Shown here: piece by piece, positions 1-14,657 of the stretch
Position numbering within the stretch: the stretch's first letter is position 1
Layout of the letters: each line of letters opens with the position of its first letter
DNA from: Geosiphon pyriformis uo1
Taxonomy: Eukaryota; Fungi; Glomeromycota
NCBI GenBank assembly: GCA_016748015.1
Contig: JAAOMT010000708.1
Span: forward strand, 1 to 64,000
Direction of reading: 5' to 3'
DNA length: 64,000 nucleotides
Program-made: the position numbers and the translations under genes
The notes under the pieces: generated by a model
What the model was told of the DNA's origin: nothing
Database searches by the model: none
The model's input: only the letters and a program-made list of their open reading frames with translations

Positions 1-17
1 TTAAATTTTAAAAACAC

Positions 18-630
18 TATTATTCATAGAAATTAAAAATTATAGTAATAAGTAAAATAACCAATTAGGAATAGGCATAGTAAAAAGAGGAATTGCGAAA
101 TTTCCAAAAATTTTGTATAACATAAATTATGTATATATAGTAAGAATGTTAAAGCAAAAAAAGTAATTTCAAGAGAATTCAATAAAATTCAAATTAATTT
201 AGAACAATATTTTTTTCTTCAAAAAATAGTTTTCTATAACTTAAAATAGAATCATTTTTATATTAATAAAATTATTAATAATTATTGAATTTATGTTATT
301 ATTATTTAATTAAAGAAATATTAATTTATTTTACACTATCAACACTTTATGTTAATAGAATTTAATACTTAACTACATTAAACCAATAGTTTTTAATTAT
401 GGCTATTGACAAAATACTAATTTTTTATTTTCTTTTATTTTTTTTATTTTTTTTTGTTTTATTTTTTTGTTGTTTATTAATTAATTAAAAAAATTAAGCA
501 CTGAATATTTGATATCAAAAATAGTCTGATAAAAAACCCAAGAACAAAGATAAAAATTTAAAAATAGTTTATTACAAAAGTACAACTGCCAAAATAAACT
601 AGTCATTATGCTGAAAAAAAAATTCACAGA
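18..630 (+). repeat. Eroded, 3'-truncated family-A-like LTR relic
   Basis: Starts tattattcataga (cf. tgttactcataga of intact LTRs). It is colinear with LTR 46724-47539 (aaccaattag, tatgtatatatag, ggctattgac, tatgctgaaaaa) with many G>A/C>T changes, and ends at a LINE ORF1 fragment. Confidence 0.65.
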
Positions 631-639
631 AAAAACTAT

Positions 640-2679
640 TAATTAATCCAACAAGCCACTTGGCTGTTTTCATAAGACTGAATCTAATCTCAAAAGATTC
701 AAATTCCCAAAGTGCCATTAACTTACCAAACATCTCATCATTTACTCCAATTGAAACACTAAAATTACCAGACAAATTAACATTTTTTATGCCATACTTA
801 GTCTTTAATGCTACTACTTTTTTTTTCAACTTATTAACAGATTTGCTAAATGCACCCAAATACACCATAAGCTTATTAATCTTGCTTCTAAGCTTGCTAT
901 TAAACATAAAATTACTCTTAATAAATTGTTTAAAAGCAGTTACCAATTTACCAATAGACTTAACAATAGATTCAACCAATGTCAACAACTTGGCTAAATC
1001 AGATTCCAAAGCAGCTAACTAAAAAGACATCAAAAAATTAGCAACAGTTACAGAAAAAAACAGAAGTCACTAAAGAAAAAAACTCAGAAAGAACAAGAGG
1101 AACAGATGCCTTTATATAAGACAAAGAACTGACAAAATGTGATTTAAACATCTTGAAAGCCTTAGAAGAGAGAGATAGAATAACTTTATAGTCCACAGCC
1201 AAGTGGCCTATCTCTTAACACTAAAAACAACACTGGCAACCAGAGGTTTTCTACCAGATATAGCACTTTTTTAGCATACTAATTCTGATAACAGTAAAGT
1301 CTAAATCAGCTTAGGAGTTAAATATAACCAGAGCAAACCAGAAATGATGACCAGAATCAAAATACCAAGATATGAAACAAGTCTGACTACCAACATAAGA
1401 AATCATATTACTGATTTCAAAAACAGTGCAGCCAAAAGAAAAGTTGATCAATTTGGTCTTAAATCTATTACAAAACAGAATATTTTCTTGTTAATTTACA
1501 AGGAAAAAGATCCGAATACAATCTTTGTTCACCAAAACTAACTAGTAATTAAGAGCAGATATCCAAAGTTTTAAAGTAAACAACAACATATTGCCAAATA
1601 TCAGCAAGTCTTAACCAAATATGAAAAATTTCATCAAAGACACCAAGAGCTAACTTAATATTAGTAGCAAATATGTCCAAAGACATATCACACAATGCAA
1701 TAGCAGTAGAAAAGGAATCAGACTCAGAAGCTACCAAAGATTTGGCAATTTTAAGAGTGGCTAAATGAACAGAGCTTGTAAGCTTAATCAGAAATGCAGC
1801 TTCCAAAGACACTTGAGAAGCAAATTTCATACAGAAAAGCTTTATATTGTCTTTTGACACTAATTTTACACCCAAAAAACCATGTACAGACTGAAAAACA
1901 GTCTTAACATGAGCCAATTTAATCTTAAAAATAGCATCAAGTATCAGAGTAGAGGCCATTCACTCAGTAAATCTTTGATGACCAGTAATAGTTTTCTAAG
2001 CACTACTAACAGCAGCACCAGAAATTAAAGGAGAAAATAATTCAGTTTCTATTTGGTCAGCCCAGTTCTTAAGAACAGATAACACTACAAGAAATGATTG
2101 TTTTGCTTTTAAAACTGGCAAAAATCTGCCAGAAGACATCATATTTGGCAACACAGTCAATGATTAATTTTGGTTTATCTTGGATGATGTGCTGGATAAT
2201 GCTATAGAGATTTTACCCAAGATCTTATTGGAAACCACAAAAGAGTTTGGTGTAACAATAGTGGAGACAAGCAGCTGCTCCTATTTTTCTAAATTTTTGG
2301 TCTTTTTAATCATTTTTTTTGAAGATATGGTACTAGCAGCACCAGATATTAAAGCTAAAAAGGAAAAAACCAACTTGTTTACAAATCTATTATTAAAAAC
2401 TTTTAAGCTCTTAGTTGAAATAGAGACAACACTGGGACTAATCCAAATATGTTTCTTTGAAGGAATTTTGACTGAAGAAAAGCCAGCCAAAGATAAAAAA
2501 GTTGCTTTAATAGCTACTAAAGACAGCTTTTCATGATTATTAGGTAAAAAAAAGATTTTTAAAACATTCTGTCTAGTTGCTTTTACAACAGAGAGAGCTT
2601 TTTTGGTTGAAATTTTATTAAATATTCTAAAAAAAATATTAGATATGGCTTTTTTACTCTTTGCTTTGATCATGGTCAT
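640..2679 (-). mobile_element. Degenerate non-LTR (LINE) ORF1 fragment
   Basis: Broken minus-strand ORFs 2281-2679, 1549-1959 and 599-1009. Decayed CCHC knuckle reading C-F-*-C-*-E-I-G-H-L-A-V-D at ~1190-1240. Confidence 0.65.
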
Positions 2680-2924
2680 AAAATTAAGGATACAAAGAGT
2701 TTATAACTATATAAATATAATTATTAGCAACAGTTTTATAATTAAAAACAAATAAACTTATAAATAATTTGTTAATACTTTTATTAAAACAGTTTTTAAT
2801 AACATTTTTTTTTATAATAAAATTAAAAATATAGACAAAAACATAATAATTTTTTTTAAATTATAATAAATATAATATATATTAAAATAATTAAAATTAT
2901 AAAGTTTTTTATAGTAATAAACAG

Positions 2925-5900
2925 TTTTTTTTTTTTTTTTTTTATCATTTAATAAGTGAAGTCCAAACACGGCCTAGTACTATACAATATATTAATGATC
3001 TAAACTAAGTGTGAATCATGCATTTGCTATACATAACCAGCCACTCAGGCCAAACAAACAAGACTTATAAAACCCAAAATTAATACTAAATGCATCAACA
3101 ATATCCAATAATCTAACCATTCCAGCTGAGAGCACTGCAAGAAGACCAGAAACTGAAACAGGCATGGAACTATCATGTGAGATCAAGCCATCTTTCTTCA
3201 TAATAGCCCAGTTTTTGGCTTATATTAGCCAAATATCATTCCTAAATGCAAGATAAAATTTGCACACAAAGAACACAATATTCTGAGCCACAACTTTAGG
3301 GTCCTTGAAAACAGAAAGAAATTCCTGATACCACTTATTAAAAACAAAGCCTTTATACACAGCTGTACCAACAACAACATCAAAAACACAAATAAACAAC
3401 AACTGTGAAACACAAGAGAAAGAGCAAGATAAATCTGAGCATGCCTTTCACACAGACACATGATTCTTTACCAGCTGAGCATGGCCAGCAATATTAAAAG
3501 AGCAAGAAAAAACATGGTCTGAGACCTCAACATTACCACAAAACAAACAAACCACACTGGAGTAGCACTTATTATAAAGCCGCTTACACACTGCCATAGG
3601 GAGGTGATGATGTAATGTCTTCATAAAATATGATCACAAGCCAGCAGTGCATGTACTGGTAAAACTAACAGCCAAGTAAGAATCAGGGTGCCACACCAAT
3701 AAAGATTTGGACCAATCAATATCAACACGTAGGCTGTCCATCATGACCTGAGAACCAAAACCAACCTCCCAGTACACACAGTTAATAGATTGGAAAATAT
3801 TATGAACAAAATACTTAGAATTATCGAAAACAGTTGTGCTATCAGCTCTAAGGAAATGTTCATTAATCATGTGAGGTAAGTGCCAATCAGAGAAGGCAGC
3901 AGTCCTAACAAGAGCATTAACATGCTCATTGCCAAAGACACCAGAGTGGCCTTTAACTTTAACCCAATTAACATCCAAATTTTTGTGACAAATAACATTA
4001 GAAATATGGCGATGCTTGACCCAACACTGATTTCTGAAATCTGGATGAGCCAATATAGACTCTGATCTGTAAGCATCCAAAGCAGCCTGGCTGTCCAAAA
4101 ACAAGTTAACAAAACAAGAAAAAAGAATACACTCAAGAGCCAAAGCAATAGTCTACAACTCTGCTATCATAGAAGAGACCAAATCAGAGACTCTTACACC
4201 TATACTCAAGGCAATATTTTCAAAAAAGGCAGCAGCACCAGCCATCATACTAGGAGTTCTCAGACTGCTCAAAGATCTATCTATGTACACAGAAAGACAA
4301 GCAGTATCAACACACAACAAATTGACTCTAACAACACCAAACTCATAAGACTGAAAAATATCAAAAAAAAATGACCATTCAAAGGTGGGAAACAAACAGA
4401 AGGAGAAATCTCACCCCCAAGAAAACAAACAAAAAGCTTGAACCAGATGGGAACAGAGCCACGAGAGTTCAATTGTTTCCACCACTTGAAAGTTGCTCAA
4501 CCAAAAACAGTGCCATATTTATTACATAGCTAGTCTACAAAAGCAACCCTGTAATGCTGAAGAAAAGAGACATACTTAAAATAATCATGTTCATCAAAAA
4601 CAAAAGACATAAGAGTACCATCCCAAAAATGAAATGCACTGGCCAGAAAGCCATTCAAAGAAAATTACACCCAAAAAAAATGCAGACCATATTAGCCAGA
4701 AAATTGTTTGAAAAGTTGACTTTGATTCGAGCTGGAAATTGTAAAGAGTGTTGAGGATACCAGCTAAGAACCTGGAGATCATGAGATCTGTGAAAAAATA
4801 ACCAACCCAAAATACCCAATAAATTTGCAAAGAAAACAAAGAATGCCAATTTGCTCTCAGTCTGAATTTGTTTAAAAGTTTTTAAACTGTACATTGAAAG
4901 ATAATGGATTGCATCATTAGAGAAATTGAGTAAAAGACCAGATCTAGACTTCAAGCTTTTACAAACCAGAGCATCCTATTTATTACAAACACTAATAGGA
5001 ACAAAACTGAATTGAGTTCTATAACTGACAATAAGAAAAAGAACTGCTGAAACCAAATACACAAACTGTTTATTTGAGATTGCCTTTCTCAAGACAAGAT
5101 TAACAAAAAACCAAACATCCGAATGCACCTTAGCCAAGCTAGGTTTCAAAAGACTCTTGGAAAACAAAAAAATACCCAAATAATAATGAGGTTCCCCTCT
5201 TTTGGCAACAGAAATAGGTGAGCCATTGACAGTCAGATAAGAGTCTGAAACCTGGCAGTTGATAGAGATGGCCACAGTTTTGTTATTATTTATGGAAATG
5301 TCATTATAACTGAAGAATTTATTAGCAACATTGAGGATGTATTGTGTAGCAGCCTGACTATTACCAACTCAGATTGTATTATCAACAAAAGCACCAGCAG
5401 TGAAAAATGAAGTCAACCCAGTTTGAGATTCTGCTCAACCAGACTTGGAAACAAAATGAGAGTTCAATCTATAACCACACACACTCTCCTGTTTTTTGAC
5501 TTCACATAGAAGCAAATCATAGAATATGTACCAAAAGAGAGATGAAAAAACTTCCTTTTGGTCTAACTTATCATGAACACAGTACCCATCAGTTAAACTA
5601 AAGTCTGTCATTACTTTGTTAATGCAGTTATTGTGAATGCTACCAAAAAATCTAATAAAACTGTCACATATCTTGATTCTAACCAAACTTTTTCTGAAAT
5701 ATATCCAACCAACAAAGTCATAAGCTTTATGCATGTTTTGTAAAACCAGTCACAGTTCATGGTTTTTTTCCAAGGCATTTTCAACTACTAAGCCAATAGC
5801 AAAAATAGGTAACTATATCATTGTATCCTTTAAAACAGAGAAATTGTCCCTATGTAAAACCCCATAAGTACTACAAGCTAAAAAATTCTTATCTAAAAAA

Positions 5901-5926
5901 ATCTTGGAGAGGATTTTGCAAGCCAT
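2925..5926 (-). mobile_element. LINE 3' half: RT, RNase H, Zn finger and poly(A) tail; pseudogenised and cut by an LTR at 5927
   Basis: RT motifs (M)HKAYDFVGW and AGAFVDNTI (decayed FVDD). RNase H motifs VYIDRS..AEL..FLDSQAA..WVKVKGHSG..GNE. C-terminal CxxC..HxxxC at ~3500-3560. Poly-T 2925-2943 is the poly(A) tail on the minus strand. Confidence 0.85.
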
Positions 5927-6836
5927 TATTACAGATGATTCTTTGGGTGTCGAGTAAATAACCAACTCATAATTTGGTGCTCAAGGTGATTGGTGATGAT
6001 GATAATCTGAAGGTTTTCCAATTGAGTTTTTTGTATAATAGACAGAGATTTAATGGCAATAGTTTATCAGTAGTTTTCTGAAACCATAGTTTTGTTGATT
6101 GTTTGCTCAGCTTGATGGTTGATGATTTTTTTGGTACAATATCTTCTGTAAGTGTATACTAGTGCTGTTTCCTAATGTCAGTTCCTCTGTAAGTCCTCCA
6201 AGAGTAAGTATTGTTTAAACAAGTTTATTTCTTCATAAGTCCTCCAAGAGTAAGTATTTTTAAGTAAGTTTTATTCCTCCATAAGTCCTCCAAGAGTAAA
6301 TTCTTTAATCAAGTTAGTAGACAACAAAGAAAATAAAGAAAGATAAAAGAGAAAATAAGAAATAAGCCAAGGCAATTTGTAAGTTAGTATCTTATTAATA
6401 GCCATGATCAAGAGCTATTGTTCCAGTATGGTTAAGTATCAGTTACTATCAACATGAAGCATGGATAGTGAAAAGTGAATTTAATATAGTGAATAATTAT
6501 TTATTTGAGGATTGTAGTAACTAAGCTAAATATTCTTGGTGTCAATTCTGTCTTTTCTGCTTTTAATACTACTGCTATATATACATATTTGAGATTCCTC
6601 AATTCCTTAATTTCTTGCGACAGGAATCCTGGAATTTCTGGAATCCTGCAATTCCTGATGAGAGGAATCCTGGAATTCTGGAATCTTGCGATTCCTTGTC
6701 GGAGAATTCTGAAATTCTTGGAATCCTGCAATTCTTTTGAGAGGAATTTTGGAATTTCATATTTACTACGTCTATATCTGATTGGCTAATATCTACTGAC
6801 TAACAATACTATATTTTCTATATTCTATGAGTAACA
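5927..6836 (-). repeat. 3' LTR of A1
   Basis: Plus-strand ends t(g>a)ttaca...gtaaca. Direct repeat of 25128-26052. Adjoined by PPT aaaaggagagaataa on the minus strand. Confidence 0.92.
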
Positions 6837-6849
6837 TTATTCTCTCCTT

Positions 6850-7508
6850 TTAATATTGAGCTTTGTCAAAATCTAATTCTTTTAATTCCTCTTCTTGAAT
6901 TATTTCTTGAACTTCTTTTCGAGTATTACTTGTGTTATTTTAGTTTGTAGTTCTTCAAATTGGGCATTGGTCATTTTTTTCAATTAATTACTCGTAACTG
7001 TATCTATTGTTGTATTGAGTAAGATTTTTGGTCAATCTTGAAATCGCATATATAGCTGGTAAATGGCTTGAGCTTGTGTAGTTAGATTGTTCTTTCTCAC
7101 AAATTGTTCTAATTGTCTCAGTATTGTTGTGTCAAATAACCATTTTGTTTTGTCAGTGTACAAATTCTGGATATTTACATGTTGTCCCAAGTGGAAATAA
7201 CAATAGTTTTTCAGAAATTGTTGCATCCACTAAATCCAAGTTTCTCTGGTAAGTTTTTGGTGTAATCCAACTATTTGTTGTTCTTTTATGGCCAATTTTA
7301 TCTTGGTCATGATCTTGTCAACAACATTTTCAAGTCTTTTTTGTGCTTTGTTTTGTGGTATCTTTGCTGTATTTTTGTAATGAATGGTTTGTTAATTGAT
7401 TGTAATTTCCATTTCTTGGTGTTGGATTAATTGAAAAATTTGTTGGGCTAGTAAATGGATATTGTCTGTAATTTCCATTTTCCTGATCTCTTCTGTCATG
7501 TCAACCAT
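6850..7508 (-). pseudogene. A1 ORF3 (unknown ~219 aa protein between integrase and PPT)
   Basis: ATG at 7508 (MVDMTEEIRK) to LDFDKAQY*. Homologous to 55240-55899 and 57934-58593. One 1-nt deletion and several stops. Confidence 0.75.
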
Positions 7509-7531
7509 GTTTTTATATATTCTTTTGTCAA

Positions 7532-8914
7532 TCAATTGGATGTGTTGTTATCAATGATAATGATTGGTTCCAGATCTCGTGGAATCTCATCTGGTTAGAC
7601 TAGTATTCTCTGTATTCCTAATTGTGGAATATTACTGGTGGATAATGATGCTATATGGTGGTATGGTTTCAGTCGATCTCCATGTGCTGCTTTGGTCAAG
7701 ATTTTGTTATTCAATCTTAATTTGTAAGCTCCATTTCTTAGAATTTCTTCTATATAAAATGATCCATTCCATTTGGGGTCAAATTTTCCATTTCATTGTT
7801 TTTTCACTTTGGTACGATGTAGTAGTACTTTGTCTCCAATCTTGAATTCAACTAGTTTATCTGGTAGTTGGTTATCATGTCTTTCTTTTTGTTTTTCTTG
7901 TGACTTTTGTATGTTATCAGCTACTCTTTGTCATTTGTTTTCTAATGTTTCCATTAAGTCATATGTTCTTCTCAACAGTGTGTTTTTAAAATTCTCTTCT
8001 GTTATTAGTTTAGTTAGGTATGTGCTGACTTCTATTTCCACTGGTAGTGTTGCTGTTTTACTATATACTAATTCAAATGGTGTTGCTTGTGTAGTATCTT
8101 GCTTCATTGTCTGATAAGCAAATAGTACTGATAGTATTAACAAATTCCAATTGTTCTGGTTTTTTTGGCTGAGCTTAGCTATTGTTTCACACAATGTTCT
8201 GTTGAATCTTTCGACTAATCTGTTGGTTTGGGGATGGTATAGTAATAATAGTAGTTTTTTAATTCCGAATCTTTGGCTCAATTCTGTTAATGTTCTGTTC
8301 ACAAAATAAGTTCCTTGGTCTGATAATAATTCCTTTGGACATCCGTGTTGACAAATTAAATCTTGATGAACAAATTCGGCAATGGATTCTGCATTTGCTC
8401 TTTGAATTGCTTTCACCTTTGGCCATTTAGTAAGATAGTTCATGGCTACTGCTATGTACCTGTTTCCTCCACTGGTGATTGTTAATGATCTGACTAAATC
8501 AATTCCAATACAGTCAAATAGTTGTTCCACTTTGATTGGTCTTAATGATTCACTGGGTTTTGTACCTTCTCTTTGCTGACAAGCATTACAATTTTGAACA
8601 TATTGGATGATGTCTGGATATATTGATGGCCAATAGTATCTTTTTCTGGTTCTTTTCATGGTTGCTTCTTTGTAAAAGTGTCCTGCTGTTGGATTTGAGT
8701 GCATGTTGAATAATATTGTCTCTTTTTCTGGCTCTGTAATTACTCTGGTTGGTTGCTTTAGATCTCTTCTATTTTTCTGATAAAGTATATTTTAGTAAGT
8801 AATAAAATATTTTGATTGCTGTTTGATACTCTTTCATTCTATTTGAGATAAATTCTTCTTGAACTGTTGAGTGTTTATATAATGTTGCAGTTGTTGATAT
8901 TTTTGTATGTTCAT
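7532..8914 (-). pseudogene. A1 integrase, stand-alone ORF (461 codons, internal stops)
   Basis: ATG at 8914 (MNIQKYQQLQHY), HHCC region (GHF..CNAC), rve core (GIDLV..SDQG..VERFNRTL), WDGPF-type motif, ends LEPIIIIDNNTSN*. Confidence 0.9.
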
Positions 8915-8976
8915 CTTTTGTTATATTTTCCATTGGTATTGTTCTGGTTTTGTTATATTTTTGGGTTGAAATGTTT

Positions 8977-11900
8977 TTAGATTTGTCTCATTCATGACAA
9001 ACTGTCAGCATTTCCATTGTCTTTTCTCTTTTTATAATATATAGTATAATTATATAATGCGAGTGCTATTTTCTATCTTGACTGTTTTCCATCTCCAAAT
9101 TCTTGTTTTTGAAATGATGTTAATCTTTTGTGATCTGTATATACTTCAAACTTCTGGCTCAAGTATTCTTTCTATTTCATGATTGCCCAGTATATTGCCA
9201 AGTGTTCTTGTTCCGGTGTTTCATAGTTCTTTTTGGCTGGTGTTAAACCTCTGCTGGCATATGCTACTGGATGTTCTCTGCCATCTGGTCCTTTCTGAGA
9301 TAGTACTGCTTCCAATGCTTGGCTGGATGCATCAGTGGTAATGATGAATGGTTTGCTGTAATCTGAATAGATCAATACTGGAGCTTGAATGAGTTTTTTT
9401 TTCAGAATATCAAAAGCTTCTTGTTGACTTTTTGTCCATTCATATTTTGTATTCTTGGTTTGCAGTTGGTTGAGTGGCTGTGCTATCTTAGAAAAGTTCT
9501 TGATAAAATGTTGATAGTAGCTGGTGAATCTCAAGAATGATTTCAGTTTTGTCATATTAGTTGGCACTGGAAAGTTCTTTACTATCTCTATTTTTTCTGA
9601 ATCTGTTTTGATGCCATTTTTGCTGACTATGTGTCCCAAGAATTTTAGTTCTGTTTTGCCAAAAAAACACTTTGTTGCATTTAACTTTAGTCCTGCTCTT
9701 CTTAATCTTTCAAACACTTGTTGAAGATGATGAAGATAATTATCAAATGTTTTTGAGAATACATTGGTGTTGTCCAAGTATATAACTACTGATTTCCACA
9801 ATAAGCCAGTATAAACAATTTCCATTAGCCATTGGAAAGTGGCTGGTGCATTGGTTAAGCCAAATGGCATTACTTCAAATTCAAAATTCTTTTCTTTGGT
9901 GGTGAATGCCATCTTTTTTTTGTTGGCTGGATCCATGGCTACTTGCCAGTAATCACTGTTCAGATCTAATGTTAAAAACCATTTGTTTCCACCAAAAACA
10001 TCAAATAATTCTTGGATTCATGAAGTGAGATAGCTATCTCCACAAGTTACTCCATTGAGTTTTCTATAATCCACACAAAAGCAGATTTTCCTATTCTTTT
10101 TCCAGACAAGTACCACTGATAATAACCATGGGCTCATTGATGGCTAAATTAGCTTGTTGTCAAGCATTCAGTTTATCTCTTGACAGATAATCTCGTGGCT
10201 AGCTAGTGGTGCTCTGTATGCTCTTTGTTTAATTGGCATTGTATCTCCAGTCTTAATCTGATGCTGGATGATGTCAGTTTGGCCAAACTTGTTTTCATTG
10301 GCAAAGATGTCATTGAAATTGTTGAGCAATATCTTAAGTTGTATATGTTGGAATGAATCTAAGTTTCCCATGTTTATTTGTTTTAATTGTTTTGGTTGAA
10401 GCAAATAACATTTGCTTTATCCATATATCATTTGTGATGTGATATCAACATATCCACAAAGCTGTGAAAAATTCAGAATGGTGCTTGGTGGTTGATCCTC
10501 TATTTCAGTGCTTAAGTATTCAATGGTGGTTCCGGCTGGTATTACTATAACATTTTCTGTGTTATTGTAGATGGGAATTTTGATGTGGCTGTAATCTTTG
10601 GCTGGTATATGGAGATTGATAAGTTCAATCTCTTTTGATTCACAAAGAATTGGTTCTGCTTCAAAAATCTGATTCTGTTTTTTTACCTTCCGCTTTATTC
10701 CTATCATGTACTGGCCATATGGTGGAATGGAAATTGTTTGACCCATTGAGATAATTTCCCTTTGGTCAACAATTTTTTCTTCTGCCATATTGACTGGTAC
10801 ATCTACTTTATCTGTCAATCCGAATCCCTGTATTCTTCTCGCTGTTATTTCTAATTCCTCCTTCTTTTTCACTGATATTAACTAAGCTACTCTAACCAGA
10901 GGCAGGAATATTGTCTGTGCTATCTTTTTGTTGGGCTTTATTATATAGGCTTTTTCTGAGTTATTTTGTAGCATAGCAATGATATTTCCTATATATCCTG
11001 TATCAATTATTCCTTCTCTTATATTTATCTCTTTTTTCACTAGACTACTCCTAGATGCTAATTGAACTATTGTTGTTGCCAAAATTTCCAGTGCTATTTT
11101 CAAATCAATGCAGGTGCATGAATGTGGCTCCAATTTGATGGCATCCTTTCCTGGATATCTCAGATCAAATCCAGCATTGGTATTATGCATGCATTCTGGC
11201 CTAATACCTTCATTATTATCACTGAACCACTTAAGTTCCTGTTCCTTGGTGAGATCAGGAAGTGCAATATATTGTTCATAGTTTGGATTAGAGTTTAAAT
11301 CTGAGTTGGAATTGTTGTCATTGCTTTTGTCATATTGGACGGAACTGGAACTGGTGTTTTCATCGTTGTTGTTATTGGAGTTTGAATTGGAATTAAAAAT
11401 CAATCCTAATTCTGATGCACAGCTGCTGATTGGTTTCTTTTCCTCTGGAATCATGTAGATCATACATGGTAGTGGATTGTAGATGAGATCACACTTATTA
11501 CAATACTAAAAGTCACATAGAATTAAGCAATGTTGACATAATCGAGTGTTCAACTGCTCTAAACATTGCTCTTGTTCTTCCCTAGTAGGTGCCAAATGCT
11601 GGTAATGTTTATGAAATTCTTTGGGGTCATCCTTAATGTTGCCAAAGACATCAAAAGTTTGAACATATTCGGATTCAGGAAGAGATAGAGGATTATTTTT
11701 AATCTCTAGTAGTTTGCTGGTTGTCGCACCTTCTGCTTTTGCATACACCATTCTCCATAGTTCATTTTCATTGTGGGGATATCCTTCCAATCATTGCAAT
11801 GCTTGTTTCCAGGCATCATTAATTGGTGTTTTTTTGCTTACCTAATTGTTTATCAGTATAGTGTACTAATATGTCTTGTCGCACATTCTTCTATGCCCAG

Positions 11901-14653
11901 AAATGTCACTTCACATTTCTTTGTCTGGTAAGATAGTTCTACATGTGAAACATGGTTGGTTATCCCACTTTCCTTGTTGTTTTGGTCATCCAAAATGCTC
12001 TATGACATATGGGCAGCAGTAAAATCTTGTGGCCGTGGAGTATTCCTTGTTGTTGCCACAGCATGCACCCATTGATGACAATTTCTTGCTACAATTAATA
12101 CATTTCAATTTTGGTCAACAATAATTGGTTGGTGGTAATAAAGTGTATGTGTCTGAACTATAAGTGCTGCTGGTAAGAGTGGTTCCTTCTTCTTTTTTCT
12201 TTCTCTTTCCCTTATTGGTTTCTTCCCACTCCCAGTTGGCTGGTTTGTCTTGGTCATTATCAGTTTTCTAGTTTTGGTCAGTTTTCTAGGTAAGTTCTTC
12301 TTTTTCTTTCCTTTTTCTTTTGTCATCCCAAGAAAGTATCAGTGGTAGCTTGTTGTGGTCTTTGTAGGCCCATGAGACTTGGTAGGCTTCCCAGGTCGGT
12401 TTTTTTGTTTCTTCCTCAAACTCAATGAGTAGTTAGGCATTGCTTGACTTAAAGTGGTCACAAATGACTGATGTTCAAGTATGCTGACCACCAAAGATTA
12501 ATTGTAGTTCTTGGGTAGTTCAATCAAGGGTAGTGTGAGTTTTCAACAACCAATTGTTGCCCACTAGAGCCTGGTATTGTGTGGCTTTCATCACAAAAAC
12601 TTTGATGGGTACTGTAATGCCATTAATTTCAATAGGTAGGTTGTCTATTTTGCCTATTAGAGTTTTGGTTGCTCCATCAGCTGTGATGATCCTTGTACTG
12701 GCAGCTCAGTCAACTCGGTAACCTAATTGATTCATGAGTTGTCTTGTTATGATGCTGCTAGCTGATCCACTATCTAAGATCAGTTTGATGGCATGGCCAT
12801 CAATTTTGACATTCATATACATGGTGGTAATTGGCTTTTCTTCCAGAGCTGCTCCACTAAATAATGGAATTTTGATTGTTTCTTTCAAGTTAAAGGGAAA
12901 GATGGCTGCAAGTGATTCGTCATTGATAAGAGTTGCTGGTGGAATGTTGTTGGTAAGTGCTTGTTGTTGGTTGGATCCCAAATGGTTGGTGGTGGCGTTT
13001 TCTGGAATAACTAAGAGACTTAAATAGTTCTGGGAATTCAGGTTTTGGGTGGCACTGATACCCGAATTCTGAGAACATAATCCTGATAGTGAGTTGAAAG
13101 AACTGGGGATCAATTGGTGGACAACCATCACCGATCTCCAGTTTTGTGTGATTCTAGGTCTGGGGTGGTCTGATGTCATATTAACTGAATTTTAGAATGG
13201 TGTCTGAATTGATTGGGGTTGATAGATTATTTGTGGTTGTGGTTGATATATTATGGGTGGCTGCAGTTGATAAATTGGAGTCTGATATACTGGTGTTTGG
13301 TAAATTGGCTGCTGCATCATTGGCAGGTAAGTGTTTTGATATTGTTCCTGATTTTGTTAATATCTCAGAGTTTGAAATTGGTAATCAGAGTTTCGATAGT
13401 AATTTCCTGATTACTGGTGATTATAAGCATTGCAGTTTGCTCTGATGTGCCCTTGTTTACCATAGTTGTGACAGATACACATCTCTGGCTGCCACTGCTG
13501 ATTGGCCGATGTTAAGGGACACACTTGATTTTGGGAATGATTGTAGTTTTCTGAATTGCTGCATCGTTGAAGTGGTTGATAAATTGCGTGATTGTTAGCT
13601 AAGTATCCTTCTAATTTCTGATTAATTGAATCACTGAATTGTTTCAATTTGGAATCTAATTCAGATGATTCATTCATCACTAGATTAATGGCTTGGGCGT
13701 GGTTGGTCTCGGATTCAGCTAATTTAAAATCTCTAGTACATGTGACTGCATCTGGAAGGATGTCTGGATGCAACAGGCATACATGTTGCAAAATGCTGCT
13801 GCACAGACTATAGATAAACTGGTTGAGGATCTGTGGTGCTGTGAAATAGTTGGCGTCAATTGCCTGGATTTGGCACAGATTTCTATAGAAGCGTCCTAGG
13901 TAAGTAGTGACGGCTTCAGTTTCTTCTTGCTTCATGGTGGTGAATGTATTGACTAGGTGGTTAATACTGTTATTGTTGCTGAAGTATTTTAAAAATTCTA
14001 CTTTGAAGGCATTGAAGTCTTGTGGTTTATTGATCAAGCTTTAATACCATAAATTGGCAGTATCTTTGAAAAAATAGAGAATGACTTGTATTGCTCGGAT
14101 GTCATTCCATCTGTTGGCTGCAATGGCTTTTTCCACATTATTCAGCCATACTTGAGCATTGTCTTCTTCACTGATGAAATTATCCAGTTTCACAATTGGT
14201 ACATAGGCCATTGGATCTAAGTTGGATGGTTGTGGTGGCTGTTGAAGTGGTTGTTAATTTTGTTGAAGTGATAGTTGAAGTGGCTGCTGTATGGGTTCAG
14301 TTATTGGATCAATTGGTGGTTAATCAATAATGATTACCAGAAGTGAGTTTGGTTGATTAATTAGATTGGGGTTTCAATTATCCTGAGTTGGCGGTATCTG
14401 AATATTTGAAGCTTCAACTTCCAAATTTACTGACTTTAAATTTTACTGGTTCTGAAGATTCGGTGTTTTAAATTCTGGGTTTTCAGTGATCGAGTTCTGG
14501 TAAATGGATTTTTGATTCTCAGTTTCTTTTTCTTTTTCTTTTTCTGATTCTGTTACCTCCCACAGATCAGAGATTCCAAAATTGGGTGGAGGTGGTGGTA
14601 ATTGAATTCCTAATGGTATTGGTGATCACAATTTAAATCCCTCAAAATATTTG
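8977..14653 (-). pseudogene. A1 polyprotein: Gag-PR-Cys-rich-dUTPase-RT-RNase H
   Basis: Gag plus knuckle CHNYGKQGHIRANC (13411-14037), protease LILDSGSA, dUTPase AGFDLRYP/RSS/IIDTGYIG/IAQ/IQGFG (~10815-11230), [15 protein letters not shown] and YLDN, RNase H TDAS..PVAYASR. Ends MRQI* at 8977-8979. Confidence 0.9.
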
Positions 14654-14657
14654 CCGT

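Noticed and set aside
5918-5926. Identical 9-mer gcaagccat before the A1 and A4 LTRs as a long recognition site
   Set aside because: Other junctions share only the central CG/CA/TG. The 5918 copy probably reached this sequence through CpG decay of LINE codons.
6190-6300. Three spaced aagtcctccaagagtaa repeats resembling a mini CRISPR array
   Set aside because: The 'spacers' are similar to each other, the array is part of both A1 LTRs, the context is eukaryotic and there are no cas genes.
6590-6760. GGAATTCC-rich LTR array as heat-shock elements; ORFs 6501-6731, 6505-6789, 25717-26005 and 57623-57844
   Set aside because: GAA/TTC spacing mostly does not fit nGAAnnTTCn. The ORFs are by-products of a ~9-bp repeat in U3.
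7564-8114. Antisense ORFs over TE coding regions (here and throughout A1, B, A3 and A4)
   Set aside because: Shadow frames of A-rich sense coding strands, with boundaries not conserved between copies.
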